In this document: positions 27,951-37,732 of the stretch, piece after piece
Position numbering within the stretch: the stretch's first letter is position 1
Layout: each line of letters begins with the position of its first letter
From: Spirochaetia bacterium
Lineage (GTDB): Bacteria; Spirochaetota; Spirochaetia; DSM-2461
Reading direction: 5' to 3'
DNA length: 64,000 bases
Assembly (NCBI GenBank): GCA_963666985.2
Contig: CAXXIA010000002.1
Location: forward strand, 2,816,001-2,880,000
The notes under the pieces: generated by a model
The model's database searches: none
The model's input: the letters and a program-made list of their open reading frames with translations, nothing else
Told to the model about the DNA's origin: nothing
Made by a program: the position numbers and the translations under genes

Positions 27951-29231
27951 ATGAAACGCTACGCCGTCGTGGGCTTCGGCTGCGCGGGCTACCATGCCCT
28001 CTGTGCCATCAGAGAGCATGATACCGAAAGTGAGATCCATATCTTCTCCGATCATAACGACCCGCCCTCCAACCCGATGCTGACAACTTACTTCGTCGCG
28101 AACCGGCTTCCCTACAAGGGGATGTTTCCTTTCGGAACCCTTGAAGAGATTCAAAAACGATTCAACGCCGTCATCCATGTCAACACGCAGGTGACTCATC
28201 TGGATGCCGCCCGAAAGAGTCTGCGCTTTCTTGAAGCGGGCAAGGATGAAGAGCGTTCCTTCGATGCCGTTCTTCTGGCCACCGGGGCCACCCCGATCGT
28301 TCCGCCTTTGGGCGTCGAGGTGGGCAAGCGGGTTCTCTGCATGAGGACCGTTCGGGATGCCGAACTTCTTAAAGAACGTCTTGATGTCGGCGATATCCGC
28401 TCGGCCACCGTTATCGGCGGTTCCATGGTGGGCATCAAAATCATCGAGCTGCTTCAGGAACGAGAAATTGCCTGCACTCTGGCCGATATGGCCGAGCGCA
28501 TCTTCCCCCTCTCGGCCTTTCCCGATGTCTCAGAGGAAATTGAACGCCGACTCTCACTCCAAAAAATCGCATTGCGTTTCGGCAGCGCCGTTACCGGCGC
28601 CAAAGAGGATGAATCATCAGTTACCACCAGCTTTGCCGACGGCACCTCGGTTACCGGCGATCTTCTGGTTCTCTGCATCGGAACCCGGGCCAACATCACT
28701 CTGGCCAAAGACGCCGGGATAGAGACGGGCCGGGGAATTGTCGTGGACGACAGGATGATGAGTTCGGTCGAGGGAATCTATGCCGCGGGCGACTGCTGTG
28801 AAGCGCGCAACCTGATGGACAACTCTCATCAGGTTATCGGCCTTTGGGCGAACGCCGGATATCAGGGAGAAACGGCGGGGGCGTGCATGAGCGGCAAGTG
28901 CGCTCTTTTTTCGGGCAACATCATCCACAACATCACCCACTTCATGGGGATGGACTTCATCAGTCTGGGCAACGTGAACGCGGAAGGCGAGATTCATACC
29001 ATCGGAAAGCCCTCGGATTCCCGCCACATCAAGGCGGTCCGAAAAGACGGACAGCTGCTTTGTCTGAACCTTTTGGAGGGCTACCATATCAGCGGTGTTC
29101 TTAAGAACTACATGATGAATCGCTTCTCGGGGAATAAAACTCCTCTGCCGACGGCCCTGCGTGGGCTGTTGGCCCGTGAGGGATTCACCGACGAATTCCT
29201 GTCGCTTTTCGAAGGAGAAGAACATTCATGA
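27951..29231 (+). CDS. FAD/NAD(P)-dependent pyridine nucleotide-disulfide oxidoreductase family protein
   Basis: VVGFGCAG, LATGA, IGGSMVG, IYAAGDC. Confidence 0.88.
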   Translation: MKRYAVVGFGCAGYHALCAIREHDTESEIHIFSDHNDPPSNPMLTTYFVANRLPYKGMFPFGTLEEIQKRFNAVIHVNTQVTHLDAARKSLRFLEAGKDEERSFDAVLLATGATPIVPPLGVEVGKRVLCMRTVRDAELLKERLDVGDIRSATVIGGSMVGIKIIELLQEREIACTLADMAERIFPLSAFPDVSEEIERRLSLQKIALRFGSAVTGAKEDESSVTTSFADGTSVTGDLLVLCIGTRANITLAKDAGIETGRGIVVDDRMMSSVEGIYAAGDCCEARNLMDNSHQVIGLWANAGYQGETAGACMSGKCALFSGNIIHNITHFMGMDFISLGNVNAEGEIHTIGKPSDSRHIKAVRKDGQLLCLNLLEGYHISGVLKNYMMNRFSGNKTPLPTALRGLLAREGFTDEFLSLFEGEEHS

Positions 29232-31357
29232 GCACTGAAGTCGAAATCAAAATCAAGAAAAAGATCCCCGGAGAGGATACCGGGATTATCACGAAGAACA
29301 GCTTTTGCGATGTCTGCGCCCCGGGACCCCACTGCGGGGTGACCTGTTACGTGAAAGACGGAAAGATCATCAAGGTGGAGGGCACCGACGGACACCCGAC
29401 CAATCACGGTCTTCTCTGTCCCAAGGGGCAATCCAACCGTCAGTACATCTACCGAAAAGACAGGATTCAAACCCCGCTCAAGCGAACCGGCAAGAAGGGA
29501 AGCGGTCAATTTGAACCCATCGGCTGGGATGAGGCTTACGCTGAGATCGCCCGAAACCTCAATAAGGTCAAAGAGAAATACGGGGCCAGTTCGGTCGCCT
29601 TCTTTTCCGGCTACAACAAATGGTACCGCCCCTTTTTGCAACGCTTCTGCTATTCCTTCGGCTCGGTGAACTACGGAACCGAATCCTCCTCCTGTTTTAC
29701 CTCCACCATCATGTCCTGGCGGGCGACGACCGGGGCCGATTTTGTCTCGGCGGATCTCTCCAAAGCGGGACTCTTCTTGGGCTGGTGCTATAACGCCTTC
29801 CACTCCATGCATCTGATGGTCAAAGGCGTCCAGATGGCCAGGGCGCGCGGAATGAAGTCCATCATCGTCGATCCCCGCATCACCCCGGCGGTGCAGCAGC
29901 AGTGTGATCTTCACCTGCGCATCAAGCCGGGAACCGATTGCGCCCTGGCGCTCTCTCTCGGGCGGGAACTGATCGTGAACGACTGGGTGGATCATGAGTA
30001 CATCGAGAAGCATGTCCACGGCTATGAGGAATACAAGAACTACGTTATGGACTTCACGCCTGAGAGGGTGGAGACGATCACCGATGTCCCGGCAAAGGAT
30101 ATCCGGCTTGCCGCCCGGATGATTCACGAGAATATGCCCCTGGCCATCAACCAGAGCGGGGCGGCCCTGGTGCACCATGCCAACGGAATGCAAAGCCACC
30201 GGGCCGTCATGGCCCTCTCGGCCCTGATGGGAACCTACGACCGTCCGGGCGGCATGATTCCTTCTCCTCTCACCTACGCCCATTCCATGGCGGGCTTTTC
30301 CACCCACGATCATGATTTTCCTTTCGAGACGTATCCCAAGGACGCTCCCCGGCCCGTGGGCGGTCCGCGCTTTCCTCTCTGGGAAGAGATTGTCAAAGAG
30401 ATGCAGGCCAACGACTTGGCCCGGCAGATCAACGAAGGAACGCCGTATCCGGTGAAAGCCGTTTGGGCTCACGGGATGAACTACCGGATGTTCAACGGCG
30501 ATTTGGAAATGAAGAAGGCTATTGCGAATCTGGACTTTTTCGTGGATATCGACCTCTTCTTTACCGACACCGCCAAGATGGCCGATATCGTTCTTCCGGC
30601 CTGTTCTTCCTTCGAGCGAAGCGAGTTCAAAGTGTACGGCGGCGGTTATGCCCAGTACACCGAGAAGGTCATTGAGCCCCTGTACGAGTCAAAATCCGAC
30701 ACGGATATTCTGGTGGAGATGGCCAATTATCTTGATCTGGATGATGAGCTTTTAAAAAGCGGCGCGGAAAATTGCGTACGCTACATGGTGCGCGATACTC
30801 CGGTGGATATTGATTTTCTCAAAGCCAACAGTCAGTTCCCCCAGAAGGTGGAGGGCGCAGAGATTATTCCCGTCGGAGAGCACGGATTTGCCACTCCTAC
30901 CGGGAAGTTCGAACTCTACTCCACCATTATTGAGAAGCATCCTGCTCTGGATGCTCTGCCCACCCACAAAGACAGCATCGATGCGGCCGATGAGTCCTTA
31001 TACCCCTTCCGTCTGGTCTCCGGCTCCCGGCTTCCCTATGCCCTCCATTCCAGGCTTCATGATGTTCCCTGGCTTCGCTCACTCGAGCCGGATCCTCTGG
31101 CCTACATCAACAACGAGGATGCCCAAGAGATGGGCATTCTCCGGGGTGATGAGGTTGAGGTTTCCACCGCCCTGGGCTTCATCACACTGAAGGCCAATCC
31201 GAGCCTGCGGATAAAAAAAGGGACGGTGCACATTTACCATGGGTATCGGGAAGCGGACGTCAACGCCATTATCCCGGCCGCCCATACCGACCCCTACTCA
31301 GGGTTCCCCGGGTACAACAGTGTCCGCTGCAGCGTGACGAAGAAGGTGACTTCATGA
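29228..31357 (+). CDS. cytoplasmic bis-MGD molybdopterin oxidoreductase catalytic subunit (DMSO reductase superfamily)
   Basis: CDVCAPGPHC...LCPKG Fe-S motif, IKPGTDCALAL, TAKMADIVLPA, HSRLH; no Tat signal. Confidence 0.92.
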   Translation: MSTEVEIKIKKKIPGEDTGIITKNSFCDVCAPGPHCGVTCYVKDGKIIKVEGTDGHPTNHGLLCPKGQSNRQYIYRKDRIQTPLKRTGKKGSGQFEPIGWDEAYAEIARNLNKVKEKYGASSVAFFSGYNKWYRPFLQRFCYSFGSVNYGTESSSCFTSTIMSWRATTGADFVSADLSKAGLFLGWCYNAFHSMHLMVKGVQMARARGMKSIIVDPRITPAVQQQCDLHLRIKPGTDCALALSLGRELIVNDWVDHEYIEKHVHGYEEYKNYVMDFTPERVETITDVPAKDIRLAARMIHENMPLAINQSGAALVHHANGMQSHRAVMALSALMGTYDRPGGMIPSPLTYAHSMAGFSTHDHDFPFETYPKDAPRPVGGPRFPLWEEIVKEMQANDLARQINEGTPYPVKAVWAHGMNYRMFNGDLEMKKAIANLDFFVDIDLFFTDTAKMADIVLPACSSFERSEFKVYGGGYAQYTEKVIEPLYESKSDTDILVEMANYLDLDDELLKSGAENCVRYMVRDTPVDIDFLKANSQFPQKVEGAEIIPVGEHGFATPTGKFELYSTIIEKHPALDALPTHKDSIDAADESLYPFRLVSGSRLPYALHSRLHDVPWLRSLEPDPLAYINNEDAQEMGILRGDEVEVSTALGFITLKANPSLRIKKGTVHIYHGYREADVNAIIPAAHTDPYSGFPGYNSVRCSVTKKVTS

Positions 31358-31875
31358 AAATCATATTCGAGTTCGACAAAGATAAATGCTCTGCCTGCGG
31401 GGCCTGCGCGGTGGCCTGCATGGATCAGAATGATATCGATGTGTCATCAGGCCGGCAGCCGTATCGGAAAACCTATAACTACGAGGGGCAAAACGGAGAA
31501 CTCGTCTCCATGTCCATCTCCTGCATGCACTGCGCCGATGCGCCGTGCATCAACGCCTGTCCGATAAACTGCCTTTATAAAGACAAAGAGAGCGGACTGA
31601 CCCTTTATGACAATGAAAACTGCATCGGCTGCCATTCCTGCGCCATGGCTTGTCCTTACGGGGCTCCGTCCTTCCGGGTTATCGAAGGTCCGCATCATCG
31701 GGAGAAAATGGAGAAGTGCGACAACTGCATTGAGCGCATCCGGATCGGGAAAGATCCGGCCTGCGTGCATTCCTGCCCCACGGGGGCCCTCTCCTGGCGC
31801 TGGGCCGAGGATAACGAGGAGAGCCCTCTGGCTCGGCTCTATAAGAGCTGGAATGCCATGACGACAAAAGAATAA
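31354..31875 (+). CDS. DmsB-like multi-[4Fe-4S] subunit
   Basis: CSACGACAVAC, CMHCADAPCINACP, CIGCHSCAMACP, KCDNC..PACVHSCPTGAL. Confidence 0.93.
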   Translation: MKIIFEFDKDKCSACGACAVACMDQNDIDVSSGRQPYRKTYNYEGQNGELVSMSISCMHCADAPCINACPINCLYKDKESGLTLYDNENCIGCHSCAMACPYGAPSFRVIEGPHHREKMEKCDNCIERIRIGKDPACVHSCPTGALSWRWAEDNEESPLARLYKSWNAMTTKE

Positions 31876-31954
31876 GGGAAAAGCATTATGCTTGCATGGG
31901 ATTATCTACTCCGCAAGCGGACGCGAATTCGTCAAGCAAGGGCTTATGGAATGG

Positions 31955-32932
31955 TCAGCCGTCGTTTCTGACCAGTTCGGGGGTATGGACCAAACTGATG
32001 GATTCGATTTCCCCTTTGATCAGCTTCAGCAGGGATTCGGCCGCGTCCCGATAGATTTGCGAAATTCCGATTTGTATGGAAGCCGGTTTCTTTTCGAGAA
32101 CCAGCAGTTCGGTGCTGTCGTCGTAGCCGACGATGGGATATTTCTTCTGGATATCGATGCCCTCATGGTAAAGACCGGTAACGGTTTGCACCAATGTCAT
32201 ATCGTTGACGAAGGCCATGCCGTCAAAATCATTATTTTTTATATGACTGATCAATTCCGCTGATATGATTCCTCTCCCCTCGGAGTTCACCACCAATGAT
32301 TCGGGATATACCGATTGGAAACCTGTTTGTCTGAGTTTATGAGAGAAGGGATCTTCTTCGTTCATAACGTAAACGGGATTCTTACATCCTTTCACTTCAA
32401 GATACTTCCCCTGGAGGATGCCGCCTCCGGTATTGTCGGTCGCCGAATGATTGAACGCCGTAAGGTGGATTGTCCTGTGGCAGAGCACATATGGGATTTT
32501 CCAGCTTCTGATTATTTCGGATTCTTGTTCCGTAACGAAGTCGAAAACAAGAATCCCATCGCAATGGTCTTTAATTTCGGTTTCTTTGATGGATGATATG
32601 GAATCCGCTTTTTTTACTTCGAAGACGTATGATTGATGCTCAAAGAAATCTGTAAGGGATAGAACCGCTTCCGAAAAGATCCAGTAATTCCGTTTGAGCC
32701 GCGTCCAATAATGTCCGTCATTTCGTTCCAGATAAAGTAATAGGACCGTATTCGATCCTCGCTTTCTCAAGGCGCTCGCATTGCGATCCGGTTTGTAGCC
32801 GAGAGATTTGGCGGTTTCCATGATTTTTTTTCGGGTACTTTCCGATACTTTATCGGGATTGCTGAAGGCGCGTGAAACGGTTGCCTGAGAGACTCCGACG
32901 ATTCTTGCGATAACATAGCTGTCGATCTTCAT
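31955..32932 (-). CDS. LacI-family transcriptional regulator
   Basis: IARIVGVSQATVSRAFS...LGYKPDRNASAL; C-terminal IVGYDD. Confidence 0.92.
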   Translation of the reverse strand: MKIDSYVIARIVGVSQATVSRAFSNPDKVSESTRKKIMETAKSLGYKPDRNASALRKRGSNTVLLLYLERNDGHYWTRLKRNYWIFSEAVLSLTDFFEHQSYVFEVKKADSISSIKETEIKDHCDGILVFDFVTEQESEIIRSWKIPYVLCHRTIHLTAFNHSATDNTGGGILQGKYLEVKGCKNPVYVMNEEDPFSHKLRQTGFQSVYPESLVVNSEGRGIISAELISHIKNNDFDGMAFVNDMTLVQTVTGLYHEGIDIQKKYPIVGYDDSTELLVLEKKPASIQIGISQIYRDAAESLLKLIKGEIESISLVHTPELVRNDG

Positions 32933-33009
32933 TCGAATGCAAATATATCCCATCTGCTTTTTCTTGTATACATGAGAAGTTCTATAAAGCGATATTGGAT
33001 AGAAATATA

Positions 33010-33054
33010 TTGACAAATGGATTTTGCTTCAAATAGAATGCATACGAATGCATT
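33010..33054 (+). promoter_or_regulatory. sigma70 promoter overlapped by a LacI-type operator
   Basis: TTGACA(33010)-N18-TAGAAT(33034); near-perfect palindrome AATGCATACGAATGCATT (33037-33054) with central CG. Confidence 0.75.
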
Positions 33055-33084
33055 AAATAGACATTTTCTGAAAAGGAGTCGGAA

Positions 33085-34362
33085 ATGAAAAGAATCTCAG
33101 CGGCAATCATTCTCTTCTTGTTGGCCTTCGGAGTCTTTGCAAACGGAGGCGGTGAATCCGCACTCGGTAGTGACGAACCCGTTACACTGACTTTCGCCAG
33201 TTGGAGCATTCAGGAAAAAGGTGCTCAGGATTACTTCAATGAGCTGAAGAGTGATTTTGAGGCGGCGAATCCCTTAATTAAGATCGAATTCGCAGGATAT
33301 CCGTACGGCGAGTTGAAAAAGCAGGTGCTGATTATGGCCAATGCCGGCGAATCGCCGGATATTATTCAATGTGCCCGTTCCTGGTATCCCAGTTTCGTTT
33401 CCGGCGGATATGTCGCGGAATTAGATTCTCTTCTTGGGAAGGACTACATCAAAGATATCTATCCGGAGATTTTGGCCGATATGCAGGTTGACGGCGTGAC
33501 ATACGGTATCCCCTGGAAGGTCAGTCCTTTTGTTCTTTTTTACAATAAAGATTTGTTCGCCCGCGCCGGTTTGGATCCGAATACTCCTCCGAAAACGTAT
33601 GAAGAGGCCATGGGCATGGCTGCGAAATTATCGCTTTTGAAGGATGCCGACGGGAATTCGGTCTACGGATTCGGGCAGACGACGGGCGCCGTTCCGGTCA
33701 GCGGCGGTGCCGTGCTGAGCATGTTCTTCAGTTACGGCGGGGGAATCATGGATTCCCGGGGAAACCTCGATGTGGTTAACAATGGGAATAAGGCCGCTCT
33801 CTCCGCGCTTGCGGAGATGCACCGAAAGGGTTACAACCCGGAAGGCGCCAAACTGAAGGATTTGAGGAATCTTTTCGCCATCGGCCGTTTGGGAATGTAT
33901 TTCGATCAGCTTTGGGGAATGGTCGGGGCTTACGCCATCAATCCGGATCTTCGTTCATCGGTCGGAGTAACCAATCCTCTCGGCGGCAACGGCGCCGCGG
34001 CAGGTTCCACACTCGAAGCGCATCTGATTCTCATCAGTGAAGATTCCGCTCATAAAGAGGCTGCCGCCGAATTCATCAAATTCGCCACCAGCCCGGCTCA
34101 GATGGCCAAATACTATGCGATTACTCCGTTCCTTCTTCCCAGAGCGAGTCAGGCTAAAGCGGCTCCCGATTATACCTCCGATCCGGGAATCGTTCCGGTT
34201 TTGAATTATGCCGAAACAATCAGAACCGTTGAAAAACATCCGGAAATGGAAAATGTTTTCTTGGCGCTTACCACGGCGGCTCAGGCCGTTACCGTCGGCG
34301 GCAAGAGCCCCGATGCGGCCCTTGCCGATCTTGATGCCGAACTGAAGACTCTGCTGAAATAA
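33085..34362 (+). CDS. carbohydrate ABC transporter substrate-binding protein
   Basis: Signal peptide ending FANGGGE (spirochaete-like); PDII, LFYNKDLF. Confidence 0.92.
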   Translation: MKRISAAIILFLLAFGVFANGGGESALGSDEPVTLTFASWSIQEKGAQDYFNELKSDFEAANPLIKIEFAGYPYGELKKQVLIMANAGESPDIIQCARSWYPSFVSGGYVAELDSLLGKDYIKDIYPEILADMQVDGVTYGIPWKVSPFVLFYNKDLFARAGLDPNTPPKTYEEAMGMAAKLSLLKDADGNSVYGFGQTTGAVPVSGGAVLSMFFSYGGGIMDSRGNLDVVNNGNKAALSALAEMHRKGYNPEGAKLKDLRNLFAIGRLGMYFDQLWGMVGAYAINPDLRSSVGVTNPLGGNGAAAGSTLEAHLILISEDSAHKEAAAEFIKFATSPAQMAKYYAITPFLLPRASQAKAAPDYTSDPGIVPVLNYAETIRTVEKHPEMENVFLALTTAAQAVTVGGKSPDAALADLDAELKTLLK

Positions 34363-34370
34363 TAATCCCG

Positions 34371-34394
34371 GGGATGCTCCCGAGGGAGCATCCC
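34371..34394 (+). other. intercistronic stem-loop after the binding-protein gene
   Basis: GGGATGCTCCC-GA-GGGAGCATCCC. Confidence 0.6.
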
Positions 34395-34408
34395 GATTTG
34401 ATAAAGAG

Positions 34409-35305
34409 ATGGTCATGACTCGAAACAGTAAGACCGGCGACAGGCTTTTCGGAGTTCTCTTGCTTGTTCCCTCGATTCTTATCGTCGGCGGATTCATATT
34501 CTTGCCGGTAATTCAATCCGTGTATTACAGCTTCTTCGATTTCAAGCTTACCAGGAAGAAATTACCTCTTCTCTGGAACGGCGGAGCGAATTATCGGGGG
34601 CTTTGGGAAAGCGGGAAACTGCAAAACGCCTTCTTCATTACATTTCAGTTCATGTTGATCGTTCTGATAGCCGTTTTCCTGATAGGGCTTCTTATGTCCT
34701 TGGCCATGAACAAAGGACGGAAGGCCGAAAGAACGGCCCGGAGTCTGGCTCTTCTGCCGTGGGGCACCCCGACGGTTATCGTCGCTCTTCTTTGGAGCTG
34801 GATGTTCCAGCCGGAATACGGCGTGGTGAATTTCCTGCTTATGCATTTCAAGATTATCAGTGAACCCTTGGGCTTCCTCGTGAATCCGGATACGGCTCTG
34901 GCTTCCGTGGCGGTCGCGGCGGTGTGGCGTCAGCTGCCGTTTATGTTCATCATGCTGCTGGCCGGGCTTCAGGGAATCCCCGCGGAAATGTATGAAGCGG
35001 CGGAAATCGACGGCGCTTCGCCCCGGCAGTCGTTTTGGCATATCACGCTTCCTTTTTTAAGGAATGTGATCCGATCCAGCATTCTGGTAACGATTATTAC
35101 GAATTTTAAGCAATTCCCTCTGTTTTGGACGATGACCGGCGGCGGTCCGATGGGCCGAACGGAAACACTGGCCATCCTGACTTACAAGAATGCCTTCGTA
35201 AATCTGAATTTCGGAGTGGGCGCCGCTGTTGCAGCCTCATGGATGCTGACTCTGATTCTGTTTTCTCTTCTTTACAACCGGATTTTCAAGGAGGCGGAGT
35301 ACTGA
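34409..35305 (+). CDS. carbohydrate ABC transporter permease
   Basis: LAGLQGIPAEMYEAAEIDGA (EAA motif). Confidence 0.95.
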   Translation: MVMTRNSKTGDRLFGVLLLVPSILIVGGFIFLPVIQSVYYSFFDFKLTRKKLPLLWNGGANYRGLWESGKLQNAFFITFQFMLIVLIAVFLIGLLMSLAMNKGRKAERTARSLALLPWGTPTVIVALLWSWMFQPEYGVVNFLLMHFKIISEPLGFLVNPDTALASVAVAAVWRQLPFMFIMLLAGLQGIPAEMYEAAEIDGASPRQSFWHITLPFLRNVIRSSILVTIITNFKQFPLFWTMTGGGPMGRTETLAILTYKNAFVNLNFGVGAAVAASWMLTLILFSLLYNRIFKEAEY

Positions 35306-36141
35306 TGAAGCATCGATGGAAGACTTCAGGATTACCGGGATGGATCGGTTTTATCATTTTGATGATATTTCTTCTTTTTCCCTTGTACTGGCTCATCATC
35401 ACATCGTTTAAACACAACATGGATATTTACCGGTTTCCGCCTCAGTTCATACCCCGGAATTTTACACTTGCGAACTATCGGGCGATTTTGAACGACAACT
35501 CGGTGGTCCGTTATCTTTTCAACAACCTTCTTGTATCTTCCGGAACGACACTGCTTACTCTGGCGGCCGCTTCACTCGCGGGATATTCCCTCTCAAGGTA
35601 TTCCAGTGTTTTCGGTTCGGTAACGCGGACGGCGCTGCTTTCCACGCAAATGTTTCCCATCGTCGGTTTGATTTTGGCTCTGTATGTGATTTTCCGGAAT
35701 CTGAATCTTATCAACACCCGTTTCAGTCTGATTCTTTCGTTATCTGCGGTGACGATTCCTTTTTCAACCATCCTCATAAAGGGCTTCTTCGACGATATTC
35801 CCCGTTCTCTGGAAGAAGCCGCCCGGATTGACGGATGCCCGAGACTGAAGACTCTTTTTTCCATCATTATGCCGTTATCCAAACCTGGACTTCTGGCCAT
35901 CGGACTCTTCACGTTCATGCAGGCTTGGGACGATTTTCTTTTTGCCATTACATTTATCCTGAAGGATTCCAAACGAACATTATCCGCCGGAATCGCGATG
36001 AAGTTTCTGGGAGAGGTATCCTACGATTGGGCGCAGGTAACGACCGTTTCCGTTGCCGGAGTTCTTCCGATGTTCATACTGATTTTTCTTTTCCAGCGAA
36101 ATATGGTTACCGGACTGACCGCCGGAGCCGTGAAAGGGTAG
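35305..36141 (+). CDS. carbohydrate ABC transporter permease
   Basis: FFDDIPRSLEEAARIDG, ending GLTAGAVKG; start placed at ATG 35305. Confidence 0.95.
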   Translation: MKHRWKTSGLPGWIGFIILMIFLLFPLYWLIITSFKHNMDIYRFPPQFIPRNFTLANYRAILNDNSVVRYLFNNLLVSSGTTLLTLAAASLAGYSLSRYSSVFGSVTRTALLSTQMFPIVGLILALYVIFRNLNLINTRFSLILSLSAVTIPFSTILIKGFFDDIPRSLEEAARIDGCPRLKTLFSIIMPLSKPGLLAIGLFTFMQAWDDFLFAITFILKDSKRTLSAGIAMKFLGEVSYDWAQVTTVSVAGVLPMFILIFLFQRNMVTGLTAGAVKG

Positions 36142-36145
36142 CCTC

Positions 36146-37726
36146 ATGAATCGAATTACGTCTTTTTTAAATCCTAAAACAGGCAAAGGTCCTTTTTCCT
36201 ACACTGAACACGAAAAGCGGCCCAACATTCTTCTTGTCACCATGGATATGGTCCCGCCGGAATTTCACGACGGCAGTGCGCCCATTCGAACACCGGCTCA
36301 GAAATCACTGGTAAACGAAGGGATCAGTTTTTCAAACGCCTTTGCATCATCGCCTCTCTGCGGACCTTCACGGGCATCCACTCTGACCGGGCGCTACACG
36401 TATATAACCGGGAATTCCGAACGGTCGCATGACGGTCATAGAACCGTTCTCCGTTCGGAAGATATCATCTGGCCCGAATACCTCAAGGCAGCCGGTTATC
36501 ATTGCAGGCATATCGGAAAATCTCATGTCGGAACCGAACATTTCATGCGCGCTTTTACGGAAAACAGCTCACCCTGGGACCGCTGGTCTCCGCCTTGGTA
36601 CGATGAAGATTTGTATATTCGATTTCTCCGGGATAAAGGGCTGGAGAGGTTCAGTTTCCGCAAAGAAATCCGAGGCTGCGGCTGGACGGGTGAACGGAAC
36701 GGCAACTCTTACGGCGGCTGGCTCGCCGATCAGAACGGAAAGCCGTTCCCTGAAGATGCCCTCTATCCTTCCTTCCTGGTGAACCGAGCCATCAATGCAC
36801 TGGAAACCCAGGGCAATACCAAACCTTTTTATCTGCAGCTGGATTTTTTCGGCCCTCATCAACCCTTTGCCATACCGGGGGGATGGGACGAGAGGGAAGA
36901 TGAAATCCGCTCACGGACAAAGCTGCCCGAATCGTGGCTTGAATGGGAAGCGGCGGGATTTCCGGACAGCTTCGGCGATTCGCGTGTTTATGATCTTTAT
37001 CGCCGGAACTGGGGCATGAAGAACAGAAGCGACATGACGGATTATCTGGTTGCCAATCAGCTGCAGTATGAAATCCTCGATAAACAGCTTGGACGTCTGC
37101 TTGATTATTTAAAAGAATCGGGCCTCTACGAGAACACCCTGATTTTCTTCATCGCGGATCACGGAGAGATGAACGGACGGAAAGGGTGTATCGACAAAGG
37201 GGCCTATCTGAATCCGCAGGTTCTCCGTGTTCCTCTCTATTTGAAGCCTCCGAAATCTTTCGAAATATCCGCAGGATCGGTCGTTGAAACGCCGGCGTCT
37301 CTTCTCGATCTTTTCCCGACGATTTGTGAAATCGTCGGCTTGGAGATTCCCGAGCGCATCGACGGCATGAGTCTCCTTTCTCTGCGAGATGCCGAGCATC
37401 GTCCGGAAGACCGGCCCGTGATGTTCGATGTCTGGAATCATGTCGTTCCCAATCCCTGCGTCGGCCGTATTCTGGAAGAAAACGGCCGGAAATACCTTTA
37501 CAGCTATAACGCCATGATTCCGGAAGACGAATTGTACGATCTTTCGGAGAAAGGCCGAATCGGTAATATTATTAATGATGATGAGGATCTGCGCCGCCGA
37601 CTTCGCCTCCGGATGGATCATTCTCTCTCCGCCGATGCCCGCTGGGAGGTCTACAAGGGATACTTCCGGCTGGAATACGCCGCGGAATTGGAACTGACGC
37701 CGCATGACAATCAGAAATTTGAGTAA
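36146..37726 (+). CDS. Cys-type formylglycine-dependent sulfatase
   Basis: PNILLV, PLCGPSRASTLTG (CxPxR), GKSH, ADHGE. Confidence 0.93.
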   Translation: MNRITSFLNPKTGKGPFSYTEHEKRPNILLVTMDMVPPEFHDGSAPIRTPAQKSLVNEGISFSNAFASSPLCGPSRASTLTGRYTYITGNSERSHDGHRTVLRSEDIIWPEYLKAAGYHCRHIGKSHVGTEHFMRAFTENSSPWDRWSPPWYDEDLYIRFLRDKGLERFSFRKEIRGCGWTGERNGNSYGGWLADQNGKPFPEDALYPSFLVNRAINALETQGNTKPFYLQLDFFGPHQPFAIPGGWDEREDEIRSRTKLPESWLEWEAAGFPDSFGDSRVYDLYRRNWGMKNRSDMTDYLVANQLQYEILDKQLGRLLDYLKESGLYENTLIFFIADHGEMNGRKGCIDKGAYLNPQVLRVPLYLKPPKSFEISAGSVVETPASLLDLFPTICEIVGLEIPERIDGMSLLSLRDAEHRPEDRPVMFDVWNHVVPNPCVGRILEENGRKYLYSYNAMIPEDELYDLSEKGRIGNIINDDEDLRRRLRLRMDHSLSADARWEVYKGYFRLEYAAELELTPHDNQKFE

Positions 37727-37732
37727 GGGAAT

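Noticed and set aside
29108..30472. 454 aa minus-strand ORF (and similar long antisense ORFs such as 50078-50752, 38168-38989, 58507-59199)
   Set aside because: Shadow ORFs opposite well-supported genes with high GC3; no recognisable motifs.
29228..31357. Selenocysteine or formate dehydrogenase-type molybdoenzyme
   Set aside because: The ORF is continuous with no in-frame TGA, and I see no FDH-type active-site motif.
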